NCBI GenBank assembly: GCA_934183325.1
Contig: CAKPSH010000006.1
Span: 1,914-65,913 of the forward strand
From: an uncultured Clostridia bacterium
Lineage (GTDB): Bacteria > Bacillota > Clostridia > TANB77 > CAG-508
Length of the DNA: 64,000 nucleotides
Reading direction: 5' to 3'
Shown piece by piece: positions 9,541 to 22,058 of this stretch. Position 1 is the first letter of the stretch. Every line of letters starts with the position of its first letter. The notes beneath the pieces are model-generated. The model was not told where the DNA came from. It did not search any database and saw only the letters and a program-made list of their open reading frames with translations. The position numbers were made by a program, and so were the translations under genes.

Positions 9541-9572
9541 TAAAAAAAGTGGCTTTAAAACCACTTTTTTTA
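9541..9572. terminator. Bidirectional terminator downstream of acpP
   Basis: The sequence is aaaaaaagtggctttaaaaccactttttttat. Confidence 0.5.
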
Positions 9573-9809
9573 TTGTTTATCTTTAATATATTCAACAACA
9601 TCATTTACTGTTGCAATTTTTTCAGCATCAGCATCTGGAATTTCCATATCGAATTCTTCTTCTAATGCCATTATTAATTCAACAACATCTAATGAATCTG
9701 CTCCTAAATCATCTATAAAAGATGCTTCTTTTGTAACAGAATCTTCAGAAACATTTAATTGTTCAATAATAATTTTTTTTACTTTTTCAAATATTTCGTT
9801 GCCTTCCAT
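9570..9809 (-). CDS. acpP: Acyl carrier protein
   Basis: 79 aa with the [21 protein letters not shown] phosphopantetheine-attachment motif. Confidence 0.9.
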   Translation of the reverse strand: MEGNEIFEKVKKIIIEQLNVSEDSVTKEASFIDDLGADSLDVVELIMALEEEFDMEIPDADAEKIATVNDVVEYIKDKQ

Positions 9810-9978
9810 CTATATTTCCTCCTTTAAATTAGCTAGTTAAAATTAATATGTATTAAGGATTATCTTATGTAACATTTTTATTTCTTATGTTTCTATCCTT
9901 TCTTCTATTTTTCTTAATTAGCTTTTAAATATTTATATTTTCAACTTAATAACAAGATAATATATATATGAATTTTTG

Positions 9979-11016
9979 TCAAGCATTTTTAGGTATTTTT
10001 TCAAATTCTTCTATCATTTTATCTACTGCTTTATTTTGTACAAATTTCTCAGCTTGTTTGATTGTAAAGTAGAATAAATATTCATCACTACTTCCATGAG
10101 CTTTAACAACTGGTTTTTTTACACCTAAAAACAATGCTCCACCATATTCTTTATAATCCACTGTTTTCTTGAATCTTTTAATTGCTGGCATACAAGGTAT
10201 CGCTGCTAATACTGATAAAAAATTATGTGTTAAACTTTCTGTTAGTGTTTTCTTTACATATTTCCCTAATCCCTCAACAGCCTTTAAAAATATATTTCCT
10301 GTAAATCCATCTGTTACAATTGCATCAACTTTTCCTGAGAAAGCGTCTCTTCCTTCTATATTTCCAATAAAATTAATTCCTAATTCTTCTGATTTTTCTT
10401 TTAATAAGTTATATGATTCTTTTGTTAACTCATTTCCTTTTGTCTCTTCAGTACCTATATTTAAAAGACCTATTGCTGGTTTTTCGACTCCAAAAGTGTT
10501 TTTTAAATAAATTGTTGCCATCTGTGCAAATTGTAATAAGTTTATTGGTTTACAGTTTGTATTTGCTCCTGAATCAATAAGTAATAGTCTGCTTTTGTAT
10601 GCTGGTAATATTCCTGCCATTGCTGGTCTATCGATTCCTTTAATTCTTCCCACTAAAAGAGTAGCTCCAGTTAATAAAGCTCCTGAATTACCAGCTGAGA
10701 TGAATACATCTCCAGCTCCTTCTTTTAATAGTTTAAATCCTACAACCATTGATGAATCTTTTTTATGCTTAATTGCTTCTGTTGGTTTATCTTCCATTTC
10801 TATTGTTTCTGTTGTATTATGAATTTTTATTTTATTTGACATTTCACTGATTTTTTCTTTACCAAATAGTTCTTTTACTCTTGAATTTATAATCTCTTCA
10901 TTTCCTGTTAGAAGTATTTCTGTATCATCTGCTATTTCATTTGCAGCTTTTACTGCTCCTTTTATTACCGCATCTGGTGCATTATCTCCTCCCATTGCGT
11001 CTAGTATTATAACCAC
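9979..11016 (-). CDS. plsX: Phosphate acyltransferase PlsX
   Basis: 345 aa. The N-terminal MVIILDAMGGDNAP is characteristic of PlsX. Confidence 0.9.
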   Translation of the reverse strand: MVIILDAMGGDNAPDAVIKGAVKAANEIADDTEILLTGNEEIINSRVKELFGKEKISEMSNKIKIHNTTETIEMEDKPTEAIKHKKDSSMVVGFKLLKEGAGDVFISAGNSGALLTGATLLVGRIKGIDRPAMAGILPAYKSRLLLIDSGANTNCKPINLLQFAQMATIYLKNTFGVEKPAIGLLNIGTEETKGNELTKESYNLLKEKSEELGINFIGNIEGRDAFSGKVDAIVTDGFTGNIFLKAVEGLGKYVKKTLTESLTHNFLSVLAAIPCMPAIKRFKKTVDYKEYGGALFLGVKKPVVKAHGSSDEYLFYFTIKQAEKFVQNKAVDKMIEEFEKIPKNA

Positions 11017-11275
11017 TATTTATCCCTCTTCTTTCTTCCACAGTTTATGCACTTTATTAGTATATTATTAATATTTTAAAAAATCAATACTTTTTGACCA
11101 CAAATTCAGTTTAATTTTATTTCTTTTTATAGTAATAAAATATCTTTGTATTAGAAGTTTTTGTAAAAAACAAGAATAACATTTTCTAAGGAAACTCACT
11201 ATTTCATAGATGACTTTCCTAAGATAAAAAAAGAAAGCACTTTTAAAGTACTTTCTTTTCTATATTAGGCTTAAA

Positions 11276-12478
11276 TTAAGCTATTATTTCTGTAACGATA
11301 CCAGAACCAACTGTTCTACCACCTTCACGGATAGCGAATCTTAATCCAACTTCCATAGCGATTGGTGTGATTAATTCAATTGTCATTCTTGTATTATCTC
11401 CAGGCATAACCATTTCTGTTCCAGCTTCTAGTTCGATTAATCCTGTAACGTCTGTTGTTCTGAAATAGAATTGTGGTCTGTATCCGTTGAAGAATGGTGT
11501 ATGTCTTCCACCTTCTTCTTTAGTTAATACATAAACTTCTGATTTGAATTTTGTATGTGGATGAACTGTTCCAGGTTTTGCTAGTACTTGACCTCTTTCA
11601 ACGTCTTTTCTATCAATACCTCTTAATAATGCTCCTGCATTATCTCCAGCTTCAGCTTCATCTAGAGATTTTCTGAACATTTCTAGTCCTGTGATAACTG
11701 TCTTTTTCTTTTCTGTTGATAATCCTACGATTTCAACTTCGTCACCAACTTTAACCATACCTCTTTCAACTCTACCTGTAACAACTGTTCCTCTTCCTGT
11801 GATTGTCATTGTGTCTTCGATAGGCATTAAGAATGGTTGGTCGATTGGTCTTTCTGGTGTTGGTATATAGCTATCAACAGCAGCCATAAGTTCTCTTATG
11901 CAAGCATATTCTGGTGCATTTGGATCTGTAGATGTAGATTCAAGAACTTTTAATGAAGATCCTTTTATAACTGGGATTTCATCTCCTGGGAAATCATAGC
12001 TTGATAATAAGTCTCTAACTTCCATTTCAACTAATTCTAGTAATTCTGGATCATCAACCATATCGCATTTATTTAAGTAAACAACGATATATTTAACACC
12101 AACTTGTCTAGCTAATAGGATGTGCTCTCTTGTTTGAGGCATTGGTCCATCAGCAGCTGATACAACTAGGATTGCTCCATCCATTTGTGCAGCACCTGTG
12201 ATCATGTTTTTAACGTAGTCTGCGTGTCCTGGGCAGTCAACGTGTGCATAGTGTCTGTTTTCTGTTTCATATTCAACGTGAGCTGTATTGATTGTGATTC
12301 CTCTTGCTTGTTCTTCTGGTGCTCCGTCAATTTTTGAATATTCTGTGTATTTTGCTTTTCCTTCTAATGCTAATACTTTAGTAATAGCAGCTGTTGTTGT
12401 TGTTTTACCATGATCAACGTGTCCGATTGTACCAATGTTGATATGTGGTTTTGTTCTTTCAAATTTAGCTTTTGCCAT
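11276..12478 (-). CDS. tuf: Elongation factor Tu
   Basis: 400 aa with [17 protein letters not shown] and NKCD GTPase motifs. Confidence 0.95.
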   Translation of the reverse strand: MAKAKFERTKPHINIGTIGHVDHGKTTTTAAITKVLALEGKAKYTEYSKIDGAPEEQARGITINTAHVEYETENRHYAHVDCPGHADYVKNMITGAAQMDGAILVVSAADGPMPQTREHILLARQVGVKYIVVYLNKCDMVDDPELLELVEMEVRDLLSSYDFPGDEIPVIKGSSLKVLESTSTDPNAPEYACIRELMAAVDSYIPTPERPIDQPFLMPIEDTMTITGRGTVVTGRVERGMVKVGDEVEIVGLSTEKKKTVITGLEMFRKSLDEAEAGDNAGALLRGIDRKDVERGQVLAKPGTVHPHTKFKSEVYVLTKEEGGRHTPFFNGYRPQFYFRTTDVTGLIELEAGTEMVMPGDNTRMTIELITPIAMEVGLRFAIREGGRTVGSGIVTEIIA

Positions 12479-12599
12479 TTGAAATTCCTCCTTTAATTTT
12501 TTATTTTTTTGAATTTAATATCAATTATTTGCCAATATTTTATAATATTTTTCTTATTTTTGCAATAGTTTTTACAAATTATTTAGAAAGGCTGGCTTT

Positions 12600-12940
12600 C
12601 TAACCTTAAATAGAAAGACTCTATCTTAATTACAAAATATTTTCTTGTAAGAAACTGTGTTTCTTACAAGTTTATATTTTGTGGTAAATTCTATATAAGA
12701 ATATTTTATACAAGAAAGAAGTTCGCGAGCAAAATTACTTCGTAATTTTTCATCTTATATCTTTCTAAAAGTACATCCTTCTTATTTTTAATATACTTTG
12801 TATAAATTTATTACGAAAGAAGTTCGCGAGTAAAATTACTTCGTAATTTTTCACGCTTGTGCTTTCAAAGAAAGCACTTCTATCTTAATTCAAAAACATT
12901 CTCATGTAAGAAACTGTGTTTCTTACATGATTGTGTTTTT
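12600..12940. repeat. fusA-tuf intergenic repeat cluster. It has two copies of a ~50-bp unit that ends in the hairpin gtaagaaactgtgtttcttac, and two copies of a ~40-bp unit gaaagaagttcgcgag(c/t)aaaattacttcgtaatttttca.
   Basis: Hairpin units are at ~12622-12672 and ~12881-12931. The 40-bp units are at ~12713-12752 and ~12816-12855. Confidence 0.7.
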
Positions 12941-12948
12941 GAATTAAT

Positions 12949-15033
12949 CTAGTCTTCTTTCTTTGTTCTTGTTGCCACTATTGTTTCTAGGATTGCTTTT
13001 GGAACTTCTTCATAGTGACTTGGTTCCATTGCATATGTTCCTCTTCCTTGTGTTTTTGAACGTAAGTCTGTTGCATATCCAAACATCTCAGATAATGGAA
13101 TAAATCCTCTTATTATTTGAGATCCTCCTCTTGCTTCCATTCCTTCCATTCTTCCACGTCTTGAGTTGATGTCTCCTATAACATCTCCCATGTATTCTTC
13201 TGGAACTGTTATTTCAACTTTCATTATTGGTTCTAGGATAACTGATTTTCCTTTTTTACATCCATCTTTGAATGCCATTGATCCAGCAATTTTGAATGCC
13301 ATTTCTGAAGAGTCAACTTCATGGTAAGATCCATCTACTAATGTAGCTTTGAAATCTATAACTGGATATCCAGCTAGGATACCGCTATTAGCAGCTTCAC
13401 GTATACCTTCTTCGATTGGTTTGATATATTCTTTTGGAACAGATCCACCAACGATTTTGCTTTCAAATATTACTCCTGATCCTGGCTCTAATGGTTCCAT
13501 TTCAAGTATAGCATGTCCATATTGTCCACGTCCACCTGATTGACGTATGAATTTACCTTCAGCTCTTACTGCGTTTCTGATTGTTTCTTTGTAAGCAACT
13601 TGAGGTTTACCAACATTACATTCTACTTTGAATTCTCTCTTTAATCTATCTACGATGATATCTAGGTGTAATTCACCCATACCAGCGATAATAGTTTGTC
13701 CTGTTTCTTGGTCTGTATATGTCTTGAATGTTGGATCTTCTTCAGCTAATTTTGATAATGCTATTGCCATTTTTTCTTGGGCAACTTTGTCCTTTGGTTC
13801 AATAGCTATATCAATAACTGGCTCTGGGAATTCCATTGATTCAAGTATTATAGGATGACTTTCATCACATAAAGTATCTCCTGTTGTTACATCTTTAAGA
13901 CCAACAGCAGCAGCGATATCACCTGTAAATACTTTTGTGATATCTTCTCTATGGTTTGCATGCATTAATAAAACTCTTCCTATTCTTTCTTTCTTATCTT
14001 TATTAGCATTTAATACGCTTGTTCCAGCATCTAATGTTCCAGAGTAAACTCTGAAGAAGCATAATTTTCCAACAAATGGATCTGTTGCAATTTTGAATGC
14101 TAATGCAGCGAATGGTTCTTTATCATCTGGTTTTCTTTCTTCTTTTTCACCGTCTAAGTTTACACCTTCAACTGGTGGAATATCAACTGGAGATGGTAAA
14201 TAGTCTATTATTGCATCAAGTAATTCTTGAACACCTTTATTTTTGTATGAAGAACCACAACATACAGGTACTATATTTCCTGCTATTGTTCCTTTACGAA
14301 GTCCCATTTTGATTTCGTCAATAGTTAATTCTTCTCCATCTAAATATTTCATCATTAATTCATCGTCTTGTTCAGCAGCTGTGTCTACCATTTCTTGACG
14401 AGCAGCTTCTGCTTGTGCTTTCATATCTTCAGGGATATCTGTTATTTCGATATCTTTTCCTAAATCATCTTTATGAATTAATGCTTTCATATTCATTAAA
14501 TCTATTATACCTTTGAAAGTATCTTCTGCACCAATTGGTAATTGAATTGGAACTGGGTGTGCATTTAATCTTGTTTTTAATTGTTCAACACAATTTGCAA
14601 AATTTGCACCTGTGATATCCATTTTATTTACATATACCATTCTTGGTACTTTGTATTTATCAGCTTGACGCCAAACTGTTTCAGATTGTGGTTGAACTCC
14701 ACCTTTAGCACATAGTACAGTAACTGCACCATCTAGTACTTTTAGTGATCTTTCAACTTCAACTGTAAAGTCTACGTGTCCTGGGGTATCAATGATGTTT
14801 ATTCTATTTCCTTTCCAGAAACAAGTTGTTGCAGCAGAAGTAATTGTAATACCTCTTTCTTGCTCTTGTACCATCCAGTCCATAGTTGCTCCACCATCGT
14901 GTGTTTCACCAATTTTGTGTGTCTTACCTGTGTAGAAAAGAATTCTCTCTGTTGTAGTAGTTTTTCCGGCATCAATGTGAGCCATTATTCCTATATTTCT
15001 TGTTTTTTGTAGTGTTACTTGTCTACCTTCCAC
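12949..15033 (-). CDS. fusA: Elongation factor G
   Basis: 694 aa with an [13 protein letters not shown]-domain and EF-G domains IV/V. Confidence 0.95.
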   Translation of the reverse strand: MEGRQVTLQKTRNIGIMAHIDAGKTTTTERILFYTGKTHKIGETHDGGATMDWMVQEQERGITITSAATTCFWKGNRINIIDTPGHVDFTVEVERSLKVLDGAVTVLCAKGGVQPQSETVWRQADKYKVPRMVYVNKMDITGANFANCVEQLKTRLNAHPVPIQLPIGAEDTFKGIIDLMNMKALIHKDDLGKDIEITDIPEDMKAQAEAARQEMVDTAAEQDDELMMKYLDGEELTIDEIKMGLRKGTIAGNIVPVCCGSSYKNKGVQELLDAIIDYLPSPVDIPPVEGVNLDGEKEERKPDDKEPFAALAFKIATDPFVGKLCFFRVYSGTLDAGTSVLNANKDKKERIGRVLLMHANHREDITKVFTGDIAAAVGLKDVTTGDTLCDESHPIILESMEFPEPVIDIAIEPKDKVAQEKMAIALSKLAEEDPTFKTYTDQETGQTIIAGMGELHLDIIVDRLKREFKVECNVGKPQVAYKETIRNAVRAEGKFIRQSGGRGQYGHAILEMEPLEPGSGVIFESKIVGGSVPKEYIKPIEEGIREAANSGILAGYPVIDFKATLVDGSYHEVDSSEMAFKIAGSMAFKDGCKKGKSVILEPIMKVEITVPEEYMGDVIGDINSRRGRMEGMEARGGSQIIRGFIPLSEMFGYATDLRSKTQGRGTYAMEPSHYEEVPKAILETIVATRTKKED

Positions 15034-15097
15034 GGATTTTAACCTCCTTTTTATTTTTTTACAGCTGTGTGAAACAGCTGTAGTATCTTCTTGTTTT

Positions 15098-15198
<101 letters not shown>

Positions 15199-15231
15199 TC
15201 ATTCGCATTTAAGAAAAAAGTATTATTTTTT

Positions 15232-15702
15232 CTACCATTTATAATGTGCAAATGCTTTGTTTGCTTCTGCCATTTTATGCATATCTTCTTTTTTCTTAAA
15301 TGCTCCACCATTACCAGCGATGGCATCTAGTATTTCTCCTGCTAATTTTTCTGCCATTGTTTTTTCATGTCTTTTTCTAGCATAAGTTACTAAATATCTT
15401 AAACCTAATGTTTGTCTTCTTTCAGGTCTAATTTCTAGTGGAACTTGGTATGTTGCACCACCAACTCTTCTTGCTTTTACTTCAAGAACAGGCATTATAT
15501 TATCTAATGCTGCTTCGAATACTTCTAGTGGATTTTTTTGTTCTTTTTCTTTTATGATGTCAAATGCATCATATACGATTTCTTGTGCTACTGCTTTTTT
15601 TCCGTCTAACATAACATTGTTGATTAATTTTGTAACAACTTTGCTATTGTAGATTGGGTCTGGTAACACATCTCTTTTTGCTACATAACCTTTTCTTGGC
15701 AC
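15232..15702 (-). CDS. rpsG: 30S ribosomal protein S7
   Basis: 156 aa, the canonical S7. Confidence 0.95.
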   Translation of the reverse strand: MPRKGYVAKRDVLPDPIYNSKVVTKLINNVMLDGKKAVAQEIVYDAFDIIKEKEQKNPLEVFEAALDNIMPVLEVKARRVGGATYQVPLEIRPERRQTLGLRYLVTYARKRHEKTMAEKLAGEILDAIAGNGGAFKKKEDMHKMAEANKAFAHYKW

Positions 15703-15871
15703 TATTCTTCACTCCTTTTCATAAATTTTATGTGATATTTTATATTAAAATATCAAAGTTACTCTGATAGGATTTTTTTCCTATCCGTCAAGTGCAATAA
15801 TCTATTATAAATTTAAGTACCTTAAATTATTAATCTATTATTTGCACTAATTACTATTGTTCAGTAATCGA

Positions 15872-16285
15872 CTATTTTTTAGGACGTTTTGCTCCGTATT
15901 TAGAACGAGCTTGCATTCTGTCTTTTACTCCTGCTGTGTCAAGTGTTCCTCTTATTATATGATATCTAACACCTGGTAAATCCTTAACTCTTCCTCCTCT
16001 TATTAGAACAACACTGTGCTCTTGTAAGTTGTGTCCAATACCTGGAATATATGAAGTAACTTCATATCCGTTAGATAATCTAACTCTGGCAACTTTTCTT
16101 AAAGCTGAGTTTGGTTTCTTTGGAGTAACAGTTTTTACTACTGTACAAACACCTCTTTTTTGTGGTGCACGGTTGTTTGTTAATGTTTTATTTCTTGAGT
16201 TATATCCGTGTTGTAAAGCTGGTGCTGTAGATTTAGTTTGACTTGTTTTTCTTCCTTTTCTTACTAATTGATTAATTGTTGGCAC
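15872..16285 (-). CDS. rpsL: 30S ribosomal protein S12
   Basis: 137 aa, [11 protein letters not shown]... Confidence 0.95.
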   Translation of the reverse strand: MPTINQLVRKGRKTSQTKSTAPALQHGYNSRNKTLTNNRAPQKRGVCTVVKTVTPKKPNSALRKVARVRLSNGYEVTSYIPGIGHNLQEHSVVLIRGGRVKDLPGVRYHIIRGTLDTAGVKDRMQARSKYGAKRPKK

Positions 16286-16381
16286 TTAAATTTCACCTCC
16301 TACTATATTTTTTGCTATAAATAAGCTTTATTATTATACTATCTTTGTTTTGTAAAGTCAACAGTTTTACTATATTTTGCT

Positions 16382-17524
16382 CTATGTTTTTTTTATTAAT
16401 TTAATATATATATCATTTTCTTTTTTATTTCTTAATATTGTTAATTTTACCTCTTCTCCTATGTTTTTACTATAAATGTATTTTCTTAGTTCGTTTATTT
16501 TATTTATTGGAATTTCATCAATTTTTTCTATAATATCTCCCTTCTTTATTTCTGAATTTTTTTCATCATTTATAATTTCGGTAACATATATTCCATTTTT
16601 AATTTCTATTGAATTATCTAGATATTGTATTGCTTCTTTATCTATAGCTTTTATCCCTAAAGAAGCTTCTTCAAATTTTCCTTCATTTTCTAATTTTTCA
16701 ATAATTGGTTTAATAATATTAATTGGAATAGCAAAGCCTATTCCTTCTGCTTCCTTTATTTTTATTGATGTTACTCCTATTACATTTCCTTTTTCATCTA
16801 TTAACGGTCCTCCACTATTTCCTGAATTTATAGAAGCATCTGTTTGTATTAAATCTTCCATATATGATTTTCCATTATCTTCTTCTATTTTTATTGTTCT
16901 ATTTAATGCACTTATTATTCCTTTTGTAACGGTTCTTTGAAATTCTAATCCTAATGGATTTCCTATTGCATATACATCTTGTCCAATTTTTATTTTATCA
17001 GAGTCTCCTATTGTTGCTGAAATTATTTCTCTTGTTGTTGCTATTTTTAATATACTTAAATCCAAATTTTCATTGCTCCATACAACGCTTGCATTATATT
17101 CTTCTCCATCTTCTGTTGTTATATAACATTTTGATAATATTCCACCCGTTATATGATTGTTGGTTAAAACATAGCCTTTTTTTGATATTATAACTCCTGT
17201 TCCTAAATTATATGTTTTTGCAGCTTCTAATGAAAAAAATGATGTATCCACACTTTGTAATTTTGATATTCCTACTACTGTTTCTGATGTTTTCTCTAGT
17301 ACTAAAGAAATATCTTTGCTTTCTTCATTTGCTTGTACAGTATTTATTTTATTTTCTTGTTTTGGCTCAACTTCTTCTACATTAATATTACTGTACATGT
17401 CATACAGCACTATTGTTATTGTTATTACAATAAATGTCCACAATATTTTTCCTAAAACTCTTAAAATCGTATTATTTTTATGTATATCTTTATATCTATT
17501 ATTCAAATTTAATTCTCCTTTCAT
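16382..17524 (-). CDS. htrA: HtrA/DegP-family trypsin-like serine protease with an N-terminal TM anchor and a C-terminal PDZ domain
   Basis: 380 aa with a GNSGGPL catalytic serine motif. A TM helix is near the N-terminus and a PDZ-like domain at the C-terminus. Confidence 0.8.
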   Translation of the reverse strand: MKGELNLNNRYKDIHKNNTILRVLGKILWTFIVITITIVLYDMYSNINVEEVEPKQENKINTVQANEESKDISLVLEKTSETVVGISKLQSVDTSFFSLEAAKTYNLGTGVIISKKGYVLTNNHITGGILSKCYITTEDGEEYNASVVWSNENLDLSILKIATTREIISATIGDSDKIKIGQDVYAIGNPLGLEFQRTVTKGIISALNRTIKIEEDNGKSYMEDLIQTDASINSGNSGGPLIDEKGNVIGVTSIKIKEAEGIGFAIPINIIKPIIEKLENEGKFEEASLGIKAIDKEAIQYLDNSIEIKNGIYVTEIINDEKNSEIKKGDIIEKIDEIPINKINELRKYIYSKNIGEEVKLTILRNKKENDIYIKLIKKT

Positions 17525-17693
17525 TATTTTATCCTTGTAAATTATTTACTTTTTTTATGATTTTATACTTCTATATTCTTAACTTTTCTTATATTATTTT
17601 TTTACATTTTTTTGACTTTTTTTTACTTTTATGGTAAGATTGTATATATTTTGTGACTTTTAACTACTTATTGGAAAGGCTTATTAGAAAGGA

Positions 17694-20600
17694 TTGTATA
17701 AAATGGAACACGAATTTTTCGATTTAACCAATCCTCAGAAGGCCATTTGGTTAACTGAGCAGTTTTACAAAGGAAAAAATATCAACAATGTTTGTGGCAC
17801 TTTATATATAAAAAAAGCAATAGATTTTAATCTTTTTGAACAATCAATCAATTTGTTCATTAAGAATAATGATTCTGTTCGAATCAAATTAAGATTACAG
17901 GAAAATGGTGAAATTAAACAGTATTTTGATGAATATCAATATATACATATTGATACTGTTAATGTTTACTCTGAAAAAGATTTAAAACAGCTTCAGAATT
18001 CAGTTGTTTCTGAGGTTTTCAATTTATTAGATTCAAATTTATTTCATTTCGTAATTTTTAAATTTCCAAATAACAATGGTGGTGTTATAGCTAATTTCCA
18101 TCATTTAATTAGTGATTCCTGGTCTCACGGAATTCTTTCTAATCAACTCCTAAGTAATTATTGCAAATTATTAAATAATGAAGAAATTATTGATAATTCT
18201 TCATATTCATATAAAGAATATATTTCTACTGAAAATGATTATATAAATAGTGCAAAATTTTTGAAAGATAAAGCGTATTGGGATAATATTTACTCAACAA
18301 TTCCAGAGAATGCAACAATACCAGCTTCTTTGAATTCAAATATTAATTCGTTAGAGGCTAAAAGACTTCAATTAAATATTAATGGCTCTACATTATCTGA
18401 GATTACTGAATATTGTACTAGTCATAAAATAACACCATTTAATTTTTATATGTCAATTTTTGGATTATATATTTCAAGAGTTTCTAATTTAGATGATTTT
18501 GTAATAGGAACACCTATTTTAAATAGAACCAACTATGCTGAGAAGCATACTACTGGTATGTTTATAAAAACTATACCTTTTAGAATTTCTCTAGATTATA
18601 ATTTACGCTTTACAGATTTTGTATCTCAAATTGCTGTAAGTTCAATTGGTATGTTAAAGCATCAACGATATTCATATCAATATATCATTGAGGATTTAAG
18701 AAAGCAGGATTCCTCACTTCCTACTTTATATAATATTATGTTTTCATATCAAATTACTAAAATGACCGATAATAATGATATTTTTCCTCATACTAATACT
18801 TGGTCTTTTACAGGTAATACAAGTGATGATATTGATGTTCATATGTTGGAATATGATGATTCAACAAATTCTAATTTGAATGTAATGTATGACTATAGAA
18901 CATCTAAATATACTGAGTCTGATATTCGTGAAATTCATTCTCGTATATTGTATATAATTAAACAGGTAATTGAAAATGATCAAATTCTTTTAAAAGATAT
19001 TGATGTAATTACTGAAGAAGAAAAAAATAAAATTTTATATCAATTTAATTCTAATAAAATTAATATTCCAAGCAATTTAACTCTTGATAAAATGTTTAAG
19101 GATATTGTTCTAAAAAATAGAAATAATATAGCTATTATCTCTAGTACAAATAGTATTACATATCAAGAATTAGATGAGCTTTCTAATAAACTTGCAAATA
19201 TTTTATTAGATAATGGAGTTCAACCCCAAGACATTATTGGTGTTTGCATGAATCGTTCTATTGAACTTCTTATTAGTATTTGGGCTATTTTAAAAATTGG
19301 AGCTATTTATATGCCAATGCATACAAAATATCCTACAGATAGACTAAGATATATGATTGAAAATAGTAATTGTCATTTAATAATTACAAATTCTATTATG
19401 AGTACTTCTTTTGATGACTGTGTTAAAGAAATTATTTTTAATAATATAAATGAAATATCTTCAAATAAAAGCAATATTATTACTGCTTCAATAAATGAAA
19501 ATGATATTGCTTATGTTATATATACTTCTGGTTCTACTGGAAAACCTAAAGGAGTCCAAATAACACATAAGAATTTAATAAATTTCTTATACTCTTTTAA
19601 TAATTCTTATGGTAAAATTGATACTAATGATTCATTATTAGCATCTACAAATATTTCTTTTGATGTTAGTATTTTTGAGTTATTTATTTCAATTTTAAAT
19701 GGTGCAAAACTTATCTTGTATAATGAAGAATATATTACAGATATAATTAATTATACAAATTGGATTATAAATAATGAAATAACAATGTTATATATTCCAC
19801 CAAATATTTTAAATGAGGTTTATACTATTCTTAAGAATTCTTCAGCTGATATTAAGATTAATAAATTATTAGTTGGAGTTGAAGGAATTAAGAAAAGTAC
19901 TCTTAATAAATACTTTATTTTAAATAAGAACATGACCATTGTAAATGGATATGGTCCAACAGAAACAACTATTTGTGCTACTTCTTTAGTTTATAAAAAG
20001 GACACAACTGATGATTCTTATGTTTCAATTGGTAAACCATTATCTAACAATAATATATATATTTTAAATAAAAATAATTTGTCACAGCCAGTTAATGTTT
20101 TAGGTGAAGTTTATATTTCTGGCTATGGAGTTGGAAAGGGTTATATAAATAACACTGCTGAAAATAATAAAAGATTTATTCCAAATACTTTTGATAATGC
20201 TTCTCCATTCATGTATAGAACTGGTGATTTAGCAAAATGGAATAAAGATGGTACTATTTCTTTTTCTGGTAGAGCAGATACTCAAATTAAGCTTCATGGA
20301 TACAGAATAGAACTATCTGAAATAAATAATGCTGTTAGTCAATATCCATATATTACTAACTCTTTAACTACAGTACGTGAAATAAACTCTCAAAAATATA
20401 TTGTTACATATTTTACATCTTATAGAAAAATTGAAATTAACAATTTAGAATTGTTTTTGAAGGAATTATTACCTTTTTATATGATTCCAAATTACTATAT
20501 CCAATTAGATGATTTTCCTTTAACTGCAAATGGCAAAATTAATGCTAAGATATTGCCTTTACCTAAAATTGTATCTACTGTTAAATATGTAGCCCCTTCA

Positions 20601-22046
20601 ACAAAGTTAGAAAAGATTTTGTGTTCTATATGGGAAAGTTTATTTAATAAAGAAAAAATAAGTATATTAGATAACTTTTTCAATTTAGGTGGAGATTCTT
20701 TAACTGCCATAAAGTTCCAAATCGAAGCTTTAAAATATGATATTAGTATTAGTTATGGTGATATTTTCCATTACCCAACTATACAACGATTAGCTGAAAA
20801 GAATCAGAAATCACAACCACAATTTGTTGATACACCTGAATATGACTACTCAAGGATTAATAGTTTACTTGGCTATAATTCTGTTTCAAATATTCCTAAA
20901 CAACATGTACCCAAAACTTTTACTGGTAACATTTTATTATTAGGTACAACAGGTTTTCTAGGTTCTCATATTCTAGATGCATTCTTTAATAATTGTTCTG
21001 GAATAGTTTATTGTCTAGTTAGAAGTAAAGGTACTTTGGATGAAGAAGAACGTTTAAAGAAGACTCTTAATTTTTATTTTGGCAACAAATATGCTTCATA
21101 TTTTTGTAAAAAAATTAAAATTATTACAGGAGATATATCTTTAGAGCATTTTGGATTATCTGATGAATTATACAATAAGTTAGGAAATTCTGTTGATGTA
21201 GTTATCAATAGTGCCGCACTTGTTAAGCATTATGGTGATTTTAAATTATTTGATAGTATTAATGTTGTTGGTACTCAACATTCTATAGATTTTTGCAAAG
21301 ATTTTCATAAGAAGTTGTACCATATATCAACTATAAGTGTTTCTGGTGCAAGTACTCCAGAAGATGATTCTTCAACTGAGAGATTTATTTTTGATGAAAC
21401 TAAATTTTATATTGGTCAGAATTTAAATAATGCCTATATTTATACAAAATTTGAAGCTGAAAAAATCGTTCTAGAAAATATTAATTCAGGACTTGATGCT
21501 TGTATTTTAAGGATTGGAAACATTTCTAATCGTTTTTCAGATTCGAGATTTCAAATTAATACAACAGATAATGCCTATATAAATAGATTAAAAGCATTCT
21601 TTAAACTTGGCGTTCTTCCTAAGCAATTAGCTGACCACTCAATAGAGTTTACACCAGTTGATGCTTGTGCTGAAGCTATTATAAAGATTGTTATGAATAA
21701 TCCTAAATTTACAGTATTTCATTTATTTGATACAAATTTAATTTCAATTCCTAATCTTGTTGAAATTTTTAATTCATTAGGTTATAATTTAGATTTTGTA
21801 TCAAAGAAAGAATTTTCAGATGTTTTAAATAAATTTCTTTTAGATGATACTTTAAAAGATTCTATTTCTGGAATAGTTCCAGATTTAGATGAAAAGAAAC
21901 ATTTGAATTTAGTTTCAAATGTTTTGCCTAATGCAGATTTTACAACAAGGTATTTGAATTCTTTAGGATTTTATTGGCCTATAATTGATGCCAATTATAT
22001 AACTAATTATATTTTATATTTTAAAAACATAGGATATTTAGAATAG
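17694..22046 (+). CDS. Single-module nonribosomal peptide synthetase, C-A-T-R architecture (condensation, adenylation, PCP, terminal thioester reductase)
   Basis: The C-domain motif is HHLISDSWS. A-domain cores are YTSGSTGKPKG, YRTGDL, GRADTQIKLHGYRIEL and LTANGKI. The PCP motif is FFNLGGDSL. The C-terminal SDR-type reductase has a GTTGFLGS NAD-binding motif and a YxxxK pair. Confidence 0.85.
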   Translation: MYKMEHEFFDLTNPQKAIWLTEQFYKGKNINNVCGTLYIKKAIDFNLFEQSINLFIKNNDSVRIKLRLQENGEIKQYFDEYQYIHIDTVNVYSEKDLKQLQNSVVSEVFNLLDSNLFHFVIFKFPNNNGGVIANFHHLISDSWSHGILSNQLLSNYCKLLNNEEIIDNSSYSYKEYISTENDYINSAKFLKDKAYWDNIYSTIPENATIPASLNSNINSLEAKRLQLNINGSTLSEITEYCTSHKITPFNFYMSIFGLYISRVSNLDDFVIGTPILNRTNYAEKHTTGMFIKTIPFRISLDYNLRFTDFVSQIAVSSIGMLKHQRYSYQYIIEDLRKQDSSLPTLYNIMFSYQITKMTDNNDIFPHTNTWSFTGNTSDDIDVHMLEYDDSTNSNLNVMYDYRTSKYTESDIREIHSRILYIIKQVIENDQILLKDIDVITEEEKNKILYQFNSNKINIPSNLTLDKMFKDIVLKNRNNIAIISSTNSITYQELDELSNKLANILLDNGVQPQDIIGVCMNRSIELLISIWAILKIGAIYMPMHTKYPTDRLRYMIENSNCHLIITNSIMSTSFDDCVKEIIFNNINEISSNKSNIITASINENDIAYVIYTSGSTGKPKGVQITHKNLINFLYSFNNSYGKIDTNDSLLASTNISFDVSIFELFISILNGAKLILYNEEYITDIINYTNWIINNEITMLYIPPNILNEVYTILKNSSADIKINKLLVGVEGIKKSTLNKYFILNKNMTIVNGYGPTETTICATSLVYKKDTTDDSYVSIGKPLSNNNIYILNKNNLSQPVNVLGEVYISGYGVGKGYINNTAENNKRFIPNTFDNASPFMYRTGDLAKWNKDGTISFSGRADTQIKLHGYRIELSEINNAVSQYPYITNSLTTVREINSQKYIVTYFTSYRKIEINNLELFLKELLPFYMIPNYYIQLDDFPLTANGKINAKILPLPKIVSTVKYVAPSTKLEKILCSIWESLFNKEKISILDNFFNLGGDSLTAIKFQIEALKYDISISYGDIFHYPTIQRLAEKNQKSQPQFVDTPEYDYSRINSLLGYNSVSNIPKQHVPKTFTGNILLLGTTGFLGSHILDAFFNNCSGIVYCLVRSKGTLDEEERLKKTLNFYFGNKYASYFCKKIKIITGDISLEHFGLSDELYNKLGNSVDVVINSAALVKHYGDFKLFDSINVVGTQHSIDFCKDFHKKLYHISTISVSGASTPEDDSSTERFIFDETKFYIGQNLNNAYIYTKFEAEKIVLENINSGLDACILRIGNISNRFSDSRFQINTTDNAYINRLKAFFKLGVLPKQLADHSIEFTPVDACAEAIIKIVMNNPKFTVFHLFDTNLISIPNLVEIFNSLGYNLDFVSKKEFSDVLNKFLLDDTLKDSISGIVPDLDEKKHLNLVSNVLPNADFTTRYLNSLGFYWPIIDANYITNYILYFKNIGYLE

Positions 22047-22058
22047 GAGTGATTTTAT

